This document shows positions 56,117 to 64,000 of a stretch of 64,000 nt of DNA, one piece after another. Made by a program: the position numbers and the translations under genes. Numbering within the stretch: position 1 is the stretch's first letter; each line of letters starts with the position of its first letter. The notes under the pieces are model-generated. The model did not search any database. It saw only the letters and a program-made list of their open reading frames with translations, and was not told the origin of the DNA. Source of the DNA: Mycobacteriales bacterium (GTDB taxonomy: Bacteria; Actinomycetota; Actinomycetes; Mycobacteriales; QHCA01); assembly GCA_038329965.1 (NCBI GenBank), contig JBBQNN010000006.1, positions 26,357 to 90,356 of the forward strand, written 5' to 3'.

Positions 56117-57488
56117 GGCTCTTGTGACTCATCCTTGGGTGGGTTCATGCTGCGGGGCGGGCGGGTAGGGGTGGGCACAGTCCGCCGAGGTCGAGCATGG
56201 CCAGAGCGACGAGGGCTTCGGGGGATCGGAAGCCGAAGGCGATGCGGGTCAGCAGCCGCAGTTTCGTGTTGACGCTCTCGACCCGGGCGTTGGACGGTCG
56301 GTGGGTGAGGGCGGCGTCGATGCCTGCGCGGTGCTAACGGATCGACCGGGCGAGGTTGACGAACGCCGGGAGCCGGCAGCGCCAGGCCCATTTCAGCCAG
56401 GCGTCGAGCAGTGTGATCTCCTCGGTGCCTTTGAGTTGGAACACCTGACGGAGTTGCTCTTTGACCGGGTACGCGCGGTAGAGCGGCGCGTTGGTCTTGG
56501 CGATCCCGGCAAGCCTGGCGGCCTGTCCTTCGGTGAGATCGCCGGGGTTCTTCCACAGCGCGTAGCGGGCGTTCTTCAGGTCCTTCGCCACCGCCTTCTG
56601 ACCGCCCTTGCGGGCCGCGTTCCACACCCCGCGGCGTACCTCGTCCAGTGCCTTGGTGGCCCAGGCCACGATGTGGAACGGATCCAGGCAGGCACAGCTC
56701 GGCGTTGGGGCACCGGTCAGCGACGACGTTGACGATCCACTCGGGCGCAGCGGCGCTGACCAAGGTGATCTGGGCGCAGCGCGCCTCACCGAGGCGGTCG
56801 AAGAATGATCCCCAACGTCTTCATGTCCCGGCCCGATGTGCCCACAGCGACACCCCGGTGTCGTGCTCCACCACGACGGTGAGGTACTTGTGGCCGCGCT
56901 TGTAGGAGATCTCATCGATCCCGATCTGGCGCAGGTTCGCGAACCGGTTGATGGTGGCCTCGGCGTCGGCGACCACCCGGGTCACGATCGACCCGACCGT
57001 GCGCCAGGCGATCCGCAGCAGATCCCGGACCGCGGACTTCGAGCAGTGCGTGACCAGCCACGCGGCGGTGTCATCGAAGGCGCGAGTGTGGCCAGCGCCG
57101 TGCCGAGCCCACGGGACCTGCGCGGCGATGACCCCATGCTCGGCGCAGTTCACCCGCCGGCGGGTCGGCCCCCACAAACGCCTGGATGGTGCCCAGGTCC
57201 AGCGCCCGCCAGCGCCGCCGGCCCGCACCCTGGTCATGGCCCGGACAACGCTTCCCACACCGGCCGCACCGGCCGCACCGACACGACGACGGCCTGCTCG
57301 GCCTCGTCGAACTCGACGCCCTCCACAACGACCTTGACCAACCCCAGCAGCCCAGCCCATAACCTTGCAGAACGCACGCCGTTCCCCCCACCCACGATTC
57401 CGGTCTTTGACAACGGGAACCGTAGGCGGGGAACGGCATGTGATCCGTCAAGGCAGGCGCAGGCACCCACGGATCAGTCACAAGAGCC
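56117..57488 (-). mobile_element. ISL3-family insertion sequence (1372 bp) with terminal inverted repeats and 8-bp target-site duplication
   Basis: IRL ggctcttgtgactcatcc (56117-56134) matches the reverse complement of 57471-57488 (ggctcttgtgactgatcc) at 17/18 positions. Flanked by atcctttg at 56109-56116 and 57489-57496. Confidence 0.85.
56145..57380 (-). pseudogene. ISL3 transposase, disrupted (several frameshifts, in-frame TAG and TGA)
   Basis: Pieces in different frames: LLGLVKVVVEGVEFDE; RCGRCGKRCPGHDQGAGRRRWRALDLG; VNCAEHGVIAAQVPWARHGAGHTRAFDD...IDEISYKRGHKYLTVVVEHDTG; DPFHIVAWATKALDEVRR; ARSIR*HRAGIDAAL...SNARVESVNTKLRLLTRIAFGFRS. Confidence 0.75.
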
Positions 57489-57513
57489 ATCCTTTGTCGT
57501 GCCTGCGCTGTGA

Positions 57514-58035
57514 TCAAGCAGGCGCCGGAAACACCAGTCCGTGTCGCTGGCACAGTCGCTGGATGCTGGCGGGATCCGCCTGACTGCCGTAGCGCACCTG
57601 CTGCTCGTCCGGAGATATGCGACCGGTGATCAGCTCGTCGAAGAAGTGCTCGAAGCCCGCAGGCGAGATCATTTCGAGAATGCGGCAGGTGGTGTCGCCG
57701 GCGTTCCAGAACGTGTGCCACTGGTCGCGCGGCTTGAACACCAGGTCACCGACCTCGGCGTAGACCACGTCGTCGCCGAGCTGCGCTCCCAATCGGCCCT
57801 CGATCACATAGCTGTACTCATCTTCCCGGCCGTGCCGGTGCAGCGGCGCGCAAAGGTGACGTGGCGGGATAGGGTGCTCTACGAGGGAGAAGCCGCCACC
57901 GGATTCTTCACCCCAGACCATGAACCGCACCCCGCACCCGCCGAGGTCGCCGTGCTGCCCATCCCGCGGGCCGACGATGCGCGGCCCTTGGGATGCCTCG
58001 AAGCGCTGCTTCCGCTGGGCGCTCGACTCTTGCAT
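57514..58035 (-). CDS. cupin-domain protein
   Basis: Start at MQESSAQ (ATG 58033-58035, AAGGAG 7 nt upstream). HRHGREDEYSYVIEG...GDLVFKPRDQWHTF cupin motifs. Confidence 0.8.
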   Translation of the reverse strand: MQESSAQRKQRFEASQGPRIVGPRDGQHGDLGGCGVRFMVWGEESGGGFSLVEHPIPPRHLCAPLHRHGREDEYSYVIEGRLGAQLGDDVVYAEVGDLVFKPRDQWHTFWNAGDTTCRILEMISPAGFEHFFDELITGRISPDEQQVRYGSQADPASIQRLCQRHGLVFPAPA

Positions 58036-58433
58036 CGGACTGCTCCTTTCGGGCGGGGTGCGACCACGGGTACGACGAATATTCTGCCTCTGAATGGGAC
58101 AGCGACCGGCTCGGCTGCCGCGCCGCCACCGGAGGGAGTTGCTGGGTGGACGCACGGTTTCCGCACGACGTCGCCGATCAGTGACCACCACCCACCCTGC
58201 AGGGGTCAACCGCTGGCCAAACCTCAAGGCGCCGAACGCCGCAGCGGACAGCACACCAGGCCCAGTCCGGTCCCCAACTGCCGGTCTCCCCCTCTCATCC
58301 GACCGATCCGCCCGGCCCCGGCAGGAGGCCTCCGCCTCCGAGCCACCGGTCGCATTCAGCTCTCATCGAAAAGGACACGCACGGCGTTCTTGGCGACGGT
58401 GGACGACACGTAGAACGGCGGCTTCCACCGAAG

Positions 58434-60482
58434 TCAAGGGAACGGGTGCGGAAACGGATTGATTTCCTCGTACCGCAACGGGTGATTGCAATAGCCGAGC
58501 TGATAGGGCGTCTCCAACAGCCGGGGGAGGCCGTCGACCCGGCGATAGTCGTGGCCGAAAGTCATCGGCAAAGCGCCGGGGACAAGCACCTTCACGCAAG
58601 CGAACCCTCCGTGGCGGTGCTCGGGGGTGGTCTGGTCCACCACGATGACATCCATCCCGGCGCTCACGAGGCGGTGTATCACCTGTCTCAGGTCTGCCGT
58701 GAGGTCGTCGTGCTGGAACGCGCTTCCCACGGCCGCGCGCATTTCCGGAAGGGTGCGCATCCCCGGCGACCCGGTGAGGAAGTCCAGTCGAGGAAATACA
58801 TCCGCCACGCCGTACAACGTGGAGTGGTCGTGCATGCTGGCCACCAAGCTCGAGTCGGCGGCCAGTCGGTGCGCATGCTCGGTCTCACTGGGGAATGAGC
58901 GGACGCTGCTGAAGAGTATCGATCCGAGCTCGCCCAAGGCGTTGAGGACTGCATGTTCCGGGTCGAGGTGGGAGCCGGCGCAGGAGAGTGCCTTGAACGC
59001 ATCCCCGGCGTCGTGGGGATTCACCGCCATCGCCCATATGCACGGGATTCCCTGTTGCAGGGTGGTGTCGAAGGCTAGGACTTCGTAGCCGGTCTCGGCG
59101 GTGATGGCTGCCGCTTGCAGCGGTACGACACGGTTGTGGGCGCTGGACAGGTCGATGCGGGGCGCCGGCATCTGGGCATACCAGGTCATCAGGAAGGCGT
59201 CGCGTTCGGCGACCTCCAGGATCCCGTAGAGGATGGCTTCTTCCAGGCAGCCGCCGATGGCGTCGCCGTTCGACAACTCGTACAGGAAGGGCCGTTCGGA
59301 CGGTGTGTCGTGCGGCACGCGGTAGTAGGCGACGTCCTCGGGCACCAGGATCGGTTCGGCGTTGGCAAAGGAATATCCCCACACCCACCGGGTGGTGACC
59401 GTCTCGTCGAACGGTTGGAACGCGAACCCGGGCAACGCGTAACTTGCCGCCGGGTGCACACCGAGAGTGCGCGGATCCAGTGCCTGGCCGGCCAGCTCGG
59501 CGTAGCTGCCGCTCGTGACGGTGCGCTTTCCGCCTGGCTCGATTCCGCCGTAGCGTTCCAGTGCCTCCAGTATCGCTATCAGCTCACTGGTCCGGTAGCT
59601 GCGAGATCGGCCCCAGCCGAACTCGCCGTGCTTGCCGCGTCGTTGCGGCATCACCGCGGCCGCTATGGCGAGGCCACCCTTGGTGTCACGCCGGAGCGCG
59701 CTGATCAGCCCGGTTTCGGCATCGACATAGCCGTCGACGAGCTTGTCGAGCTCCCGTATCGTCGGCCGCACCCGGTAGGTGTCGGGAGTGGCTTTGGGAT
59801 GCGCGACGAGCGTGATCGCCGCGAGTTCGGCGGTGTCCGCCGGCAAGCTGCCGCACACCGGGCACAAGGGCTCCGGTAGGAACCGGTGCCGGCTGACCGT
59901 GAGGTTTTCGAGATCGAGATGCAACGTCGCGCGCCAGGTTTGTGCTGTGGCGGGGCCGGCCGTCAGCAGTGACACCTCGTGCACCACAAGGGCGGCGACG
60001 GTGTCGCTGGCCAGGCCGGTCAACCAGGACGACGGACGTTCGGCTATGGCCGGCCGGTGTTGATCCCACGCCGACGCGTTGCCCTCGGGGTCGGACCGGG
60101 CCCGCCGACGGCGAAGTTCCATACAGTGCAGGCAGCCGGCAATGCCAGGTCGTTCGAGAGGGCCGATGACGACCGTACCGAGCTCGGCGTGCACAGTGAG
60201 CCACGGCACTCCGCGCTCGGTGCATACCTTGCGGATGTCGGGATAGCCGGAGGTGCCCCAACTGTCAGTTGCGGCCACGAGCACAGCGGTGTCAGCCGGC
60301 AACCCTTCGGGATTCAACCCCGGCTGGCTGTGGACCGTGCCGCTCGCGGAAAGCGCCCGGCCGATTTCGCGGTGCAGGATGCCTTCCCCCAACACGGCAC
60401 ACGCGAATCCGCCCGATTCCGCACGGCGCGATTGTTCGGGATCGCGAATCTCAAGCATCGAGCAACAGCACCCGGACGACAT
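58434..60482 (-). CDS. fused E1-like cyclodehydratase domain + YcaO cyclodehydratase (azoline-forming type)
   Basis: N-terminal domain with GCLHC...CPVCG. YcaO landmarks SELIAILEALERYGG, WVWGYSF, EAILYGILEVAERDAF. C-terminus ...NPFPHPFP (PxPxP). The start may be ATG 60458 instead of 60482. Confidence 0.85.
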   Translation of the reverse strand: MSSGCCCSMLEIRDPEQSRRAESGGFACAVLGEGILHREIGRALSASGTVHSQPGLNPEGLPADTAVLVAATDSWGTSGYPDIRKVCTERGVPWLTVHAELGTVVIGPLERPGIAGCLHCMELRRRRARSDPEGNASAWDQHRPAIAERPSSWLTGLASDTVAALVVHEVSLLTAGPATAQTWRATLHLDLENLTVSRHRFLPEPLCPVCGSLPADTAELAAITLVAHPKATPDTYRVRPTIRELDKLVDGYVDAETGLISALRRDTKGGLAIAAAVMPQRRGKHGEFGWGRSRSYRTSELIAILEALERYGGIEPGGKRTVTSGSYAELAGQALDPRTLGVHPAASYALPGFAFQPFDETVTTRWVWGYSFANAEPILVPEDVAYYRVPHDTPSERPFLYELSNGDAIGGCLEEAILYGILEVAERDAFLMTWYAQMPAPRIDLSSAHNRVVPLQAAAITAETGYEVLAFDTTLQQGIPCIWAMAVNPHDAGDAFKALSCAGSHLDPEHAVLNALGELGSILFSSVRSFPSETEHAHRLAADSSLVASMHDHSTLYGVADVFPRLDFLTGSPGMRTLPEMRAAVGSAFQHDDLTADLRQVIHRLVSAGMDVIVVDQTTPEHRHGGFACVKVLVPGALPMTFGHDYRRVDGLPRLLETPYQLGYCNHPLRYEEINPFPHPFP

Positions 60483-62559
60483 AGGGCATCACCTGGTGCA
60501 CCTCCGGATCGTGATCGAGGGGAATGGCCACCGGCTGACGGCCACCGCGCGCCAGCCTCGCCACGAGTCCCGAACTGTCGAGGACCGGATCTGTAGGCAG
60601 CTCGCGAGCGTCGGCCGCAGCCGGTCGCGGAGGACGGGCCGGCTCTTCGGTCGGGGCATAGGCTGGCTCGTCGTTGACGCGGGCCTGATAGCAGAGCAGC
60701 AGCTGCTGTAGGCCGTCCTGCAGTGCCTCAAGGGCCGAAACGCCGCACCCGTACGCAGCGAAATCCTGCCCGAGGAAGCAGGCGAACGTCGGCACGCCGA
60801 GGTCGCCGGTGATGTCGTGGATCGTCACCAGTTGGCCGGTGGCGACGAGCATCGCTATGCAGTCGTCGACGTGTTTGTCGGGTGGGCGTCGGCCGAGGTC
60901 CACAAGTGGGAAAACCCGAGCAGGCGCCGCCTCGTACTCAGTGATTGTGAGCCGGCGGCAGTGCTGAACGAGCCCAGCGATCAGCGCGCCCGACCAGCTG
61001 TACGCGGCCGCCACACCGCAAGGGGTCGCGTAGGGAACGACGGCTGCCCGCAGCGCGGGGAACACCGCCGCCGCGGGTAGAAGCACGGGTCGGCCGTCGC
61101 TCAACCGCAGCGCCCGCATCCAGCCTTCGAGTTCGCCCGATCGGAGTTGGGCCAACGCGTGAGTGCGATCGTGGCCGGCCGGCAGCAGGGCGCGCCCGTC
61201 ACTGGTCAGCAGCCGGCCAGGGTCGACCATCAGTGAGCCGTAGCTGCCCAGTGCCAGCAAGGCAGTCCGGTAGCGGGCCGTGGCGAATTCGTGGCCGGCC
61301 CCCGCAGCGACCGGGCGGGGGGCATCCGCTCCGAGGAGGCTCACCGGATCGGAAACCGTTGTCCGGCTGACACTTAACGGAAGTTGGGTGATGTCTCGCT
61401 CGGTGATGTCTCCGAATATGCCCAGCTGGCCGTTCACAAGAGCGGCCGCTCGTTGGGAGAACTCTTCCTCGGGGAGCGGCTCTCCAGCGTCCAACGCGGC
61501 GATCCGGGCCAGGAACTCGCTCTCGCTCTGCGGTGTGACGGGTGCGGCGAAAGGATGCGGCAGAAAGTCGTGCAGCTCGCCGTGCAGGGTGTCCAGGACG
61601 ATTCGGTTCAGCCCAGGCCAGTCCGGCCGCCGGTGCGTACCAGTCGTGTGACGGAACAGGCTGTGGATGAGGTGATTCGCCACTATGGCCGCTTGCGTGG
61701 TGGTCACGTTGCTCGCTGAGCCAGCTTCCGCGGCGGCCGATCCGGCCCATCCCGGGCCTTGCAGGGCGATCCGCCGCTGCCATCCGGACCACCAGCCGGA
61801 CCCACTGCCGTGCGGACAACCGGCGGTACTCAGCCACGCCTCGTCGCCGGCAACCAAGGCGTGCACCAGCGGGATGCGGCGCTGGGCACAGAACTGATCG
61901 AGCAACCCGGCCCGAGACACCATCGGCCGACTCGACACGTGGGCGACCAGGTCGACGCCGGACAACCACCCGAGTAGCTCGGCTGCATCATCCGAGCCGA
62001 CGGCATGTTGCTCGAGTTGCTGTCCCGAATCCCGGCGCGGAGCGCCTTGCCGGGATGCGTTCCAGCGCGAGACGTCGGTCGGGCACTCCGCCGTGAGTAT
62101 GGCGTGCACAGTCGCCAACCCTGACCGGAAGCTCGCGTTGACCGCCGCAGTGAGAAGCGGACCTGCACCCACCACGGCGACGACACCGTTTCGATATTGC
62201 TCGAAGGTTGACTCAGCCGACTCGCGGAAGCACTCGATGAAACCGATCTCGGATCGATAGGTGTCCAGCAGCCCAGCCGCGAGACCGTGCGGTTGGCCGT
62301 CGCGGACCTCTCGCAGCACATCTGAGTCGAGCAACATCGTGACGATCTGCTCCACCAACGCCGCCCGCTCCGGGGGCAGCGCCGTCGTCAGTTGCGCTAG
62401 CGAGTAGCGGCCGTCCAGGTAGGGGGTGAGCCGCTCGATCCACCGGTAGATCGATTCACCAGCCAGCGAGATCGCACCCCGATGGGTCAGGAAAGCCGCG
62501 CCACGAAGTGTTTCGACCAGATGAGCGTCTGCCCGCATTGTCAACCGAGCCGTGCTCAC
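60451..62559 (-). CDS. RRE-like + E1-like (ThiF-fold) + divergent YcaO-like domain protein (leader-binding/docking partner)
   Basis: GTG overlaps the upstream stop (GTGA). wHTH-like LDGRYSLAQLTTALPPERAALVEQIVTMLLDSDVL. VAVVGAGPLL loop. C-terminal half has AGHEFATARYRTALLALGSYGS and DITGDLGVPTFACF. No PxPxP end. Confidence 0.8.
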   Translation of the reverse strand: MSTARLTMRADAHLVETLRGAAFLTHRGAISLAGESIYRWIERLTPYLDGRYSLAQLTTALPPERAALVEQIVTMLLDSDVLREVRDGQPHGLAAGLLDTYRSEIGFIECFRESAESTFEQYRNGVVAVVGAGPLLTAAVNASFRSGLATVHAILTAECPTDVSRWNASRQGAPRRDSGQQLEQHAVGSDDAAELLGWLSGVDLVAHVSSRPMVSRAGLLDQFCAQRRIPLVHALVAGDEAWLSTAGCPHGSGSGWWSGWQRRIALQGPGWAGSAAAEAGSASNVTTTQAAIVANHLIHSLFRHTTGTHRRPDWPGLNRIVLDTLHGELHDFLPHPFAAPVTPQSESEFLARIAALDAGEPLPEEEFSQRAAALVNGQLGIFGDITERDITQLPLSVSRTTVSDPVSLLGADAPRPVAAGAGHEFATARYRTALLALGSYGSLMVDPGRLLTSDGRALLPAGHDRTHALAQLRSGELEGWMRALRLSDGRPVLLPAAAVFPALRAAVVPYATPCGVAAAYSWSGALIAGLVQHCRRLTITEYEAAPARVFPLVDLGRRPPDKHVDDCIAMLVATGQLVTIHDITGDLGVPTFACFLGQDFAAYGCGVSALEALQDGLQQLLLCYQARVNDEPAYAPTEEPARPPRPAAADARELPTDPVLDSSGLVARLARGGRQPVAIPLDHDPEVHQVMPYVVRVLLLDA

Positions 62560-63956
62560 AGGTCCCTCGTTTCGGATCCCGCAGCGCTGCCGACGACGAA
62601 CTCACCGACGCTGCATTCGATGAAGGGGTCCCTGCCAGTGGCCTCGGTGAAAGCCGCGGCGTCACCGCCGCCGAGGGCACAGGGTGCCAGTCCCATCGCC
62701 GTGGCCACGCAGTACATGGTCTGGTACAGCACTCCCACGTGCTTGAGGATCAACGCGTACGCCATGGCCTCGTAGTTCCACATCACCCGACCCACCCGGG
62801 CGGCGACCACGATGAGCACCTGCGGCGAACCGTCCATGGCAAACTTGGCGACCCTAAGCAACCGGCGCACTGATTGATGGGACGCTTCTCGCACCAGGCG
62901 AAGCTGACGCTCGTGTGAGTCGTAGTGGTACATGCCTGCGGGCAGCCCCTCGGCGTGGCGAACCACCGGATACAGCTCGAGTTCGTAGACCGAGCCACCC
63001 GACGGATGCGGGCGGCTGACGTATTCCACGCCGCCGATGTCGCGGACTCCCCGAGTGCGGGAACACCGGTACAACAGCTCGCCAAGCTGATCGAGGGAAA
63101 CTGGATTGTCTTCGTCATGCGCTCGAATCGTGCGACGATCTTCAAGCACCGCGGTCAGCGTGGGATCGGTGCGGCGTAACAAGGCGAGATCGGGTTCGGG
63201 CAGGTCGATTGCCGGCCCGGGATACGGGTCCGGCCGTGCCGGCAGCGGGTCGAAGCTTCCCTTGGCCCAAGACGTCCGGCCGAACCCGTCTGCCGACCCG
63301 CCCTGCCGCCCTGACCTGCTGCGCTCGTGGAACCACAACTCGTGGGAACTCCACTGGCGAAGCCGGAACTCGGTGTCCTCAGCACCCCGTGTGGGCACCA
63401 TCAACTCCGCCCAGCGCAGATCATGCAGCACCCGCTCGACCACGTCAGCCGGCAGGTCGTGCACCGCGCGGCCGTCACGCCAGTCGCCCGACCCACCGAG
63501 GGCCGCTAACACCAGCGGATCACACACCCGCACGGCGCACCAGGAACGTGGTGACTCCAGCAGCATTTGGTGCCCAATCCGGCGCAAAGCCGCGAACCGC
63601 GAAAACACTAGGTCGGACTCCGGGCGCACCGGCGGTGGCGGTGGCGGTCGCCGTGGATGTATGGAATACAGCTCTCGGTCTCGATCGGCCACCGTGATCA
63701 TCAGCCAGCCACCGGTCCGTAGATCACTAAGGAACCGAAGGAGCCGGCCGATGCCCTCGCCGTGGCCCACACCCAGGGCGCACAATTCCGCTTCGCTGTG
63801 CGGCCGCTCGGCGAGGCAGCGCAGTACAGCATCTAGAGCAGTGTTGAACGGGCCAAACGATTCCGAGTACGGCCATGCCACCAGCCGGACTTCGCCGTCG
63901 GGTGACACCACAAGGTATACGCCCGGACGGAGGGCCAGCAGCTCTCTCAAGCCCAT
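62556..63956 (-). CDS. SagB/ThcOx-type FMN-dependent azoline dehydrogenase with long N-terminal extension
   Basis: C-terminal nitroreductase-like half (TIRAHDEDNPVSLDQLGELLY, RPHPSGGSVYELELYPVV, APCALGGGD). ~230-aa N-terminal extension containing a PPPPPPP run. Confidence 0.85.
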   Translation of the reverse strand: MGLRELLALRPGVYLVVSPDGEVRLVAWPYSESFGPFNTALDAVLRCLAERPHSEAELCALGVGHGEGIGRLLRFLSDLRTGGWLMITVADRDRELYSIHPRRPPPPPPVRPESDLVFSRFAALRRIGHQMLLESPRSWCAVRVCDPLVLAALGGSGDWRDGRAVHDLPADVVERVLHDLRWAELMVPTRGAEDTEFRLRQWSSHELWFHERSRSGRQGGSADGFGRTSWAKGSFDPLPARPDPYPGPAIDLPEPDLALLRRTDPTLTAVLEDRRTIRAHDEDNPVSLDQLGELLYRCSRTRGVRDIGGVEYVSRPHPSGGSVYELELYPVVRHAEGLPAGMYHYDSHERQLRLVREASHQSVRRLLRVAKFAMDGSPQVLIVVAARVGRVMWNYEAMAYALILKHVGVLYQTMYCVATAMGLAPCALGGGDAAAFTEATGRDPFIECSVGEFVVGSAAGSETRDL

Positions 63957-64000
63957 GTCATCTGCGCGGCGGCAATTCTTGGCGAGCTGCCGATCTTGCG
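63947..64000 (-). CDS. 3' end of an upstream operon gene (17 codons visible, truncated by window edge)
   Basis: The frame reads ...RKIGSSPRIAAAQMTWA* with TGA 63947-63949 overlapping the SagB-like ATG. Identity unknown. Confidence 0.4.
   Translation of the reverse strand, partial: RKIGSSPRIAAAQMTWA

Noticed and set aside
57993-58184. 63-aa + strand ORF with 4 Cys and several Ser (MPRSAASAGRSTLASDCSFRAGCDHGYDEYSASEWDSDRLGCRAATGGSCWVDARFPHDVADQ), considered as a possible precursor.
   Set aside because: It lies on the strand opposite the maturase operon and overlaps the cupin start antisense. Its GC3 is only moderate, and its Cys/Ser density is far below typical heterocyclised cores. It is worth a quick check only if nothing is found beyond 64000.
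58036-58433. Short minus-strand ORFs in the gap after the YcaO gene, considered as precursor-peptide candidates: MRPVARRRRPPAGAGRIGRMRGGDRQLGTGLGLVCCPLRRSAP, MRAECDRWLGGGGLLPGPGGSVG, VSSTVAKNAVRVLFDES.
   Set aside because: They have no RBS, an Arg/Gly-rich junk composition, and no Cys/Ser/Thr-rich core or leader-like helix. I do not consider any of them a credible azole precursor.
1-64000. Looked for tRNA/rRNA genes (especially next to the integrase remnant at ~33.7 kb), CRISPR arrays, riboswitch-like leaders (for example 23979-24120) and phage structural genes.
   Set aside because: I saw none by eye. A tRNAscan/Infernal run would be needed to exclude small RNAs formally.

Overview
High-GC, actinobacterial-type 64-kb window that is densely coding on both strands. 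By eye I call about 55 intact CDSs, about a dozen gene remnants, and one ISL3-family insertion sequence. I saw no rRNA, tRNA or CRISPR array. Layout: (i) 1.0-14.5 kb holds a minus-strand cluster headed by a SARP regulator. All of its structural products look extracytoplasmic: a 1854-aa membrane-anchored multicopper-oxidase-like giant, a lipoprotein, a DUF4352-like protein, a Tat-exported DyP-like protein and an Fn3-repeat protein. (ii) 14.7-29.3 kb holds a PP2C/STAS partner-switching pair, orphan secreted proteins, a phosphoketolase-acetate kinase operon, a P450, a large polytopic membrane protein and a WXG100-like membrane protein. (iii) 30-33.7 kb holds a two-component system, a DUF347-like membrane protein and a universal stress protein. 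(iv) 33.7-57.5 kb is an accessory belt of small regulator/oxidoreductase modules interleaved with many truncated or frameshifted genes. It is bracketed by an integrase remnant and an ISL3 element with intact ends and a target-site duplication. (v) 57.5-64.0 kb is the most interesting part: a translationally coupled operon encoding a SagB-type dehydrogenase and two different E1-like/YcaO fusion proteins. This looks like azol(in)e-forming RiPP machinery. It runs off the window edge, and no precursor peptide is visible. All family assignments come from motif recognition by eye, without searches. Start codons were adjusted by hand where the ORF track over-extends.
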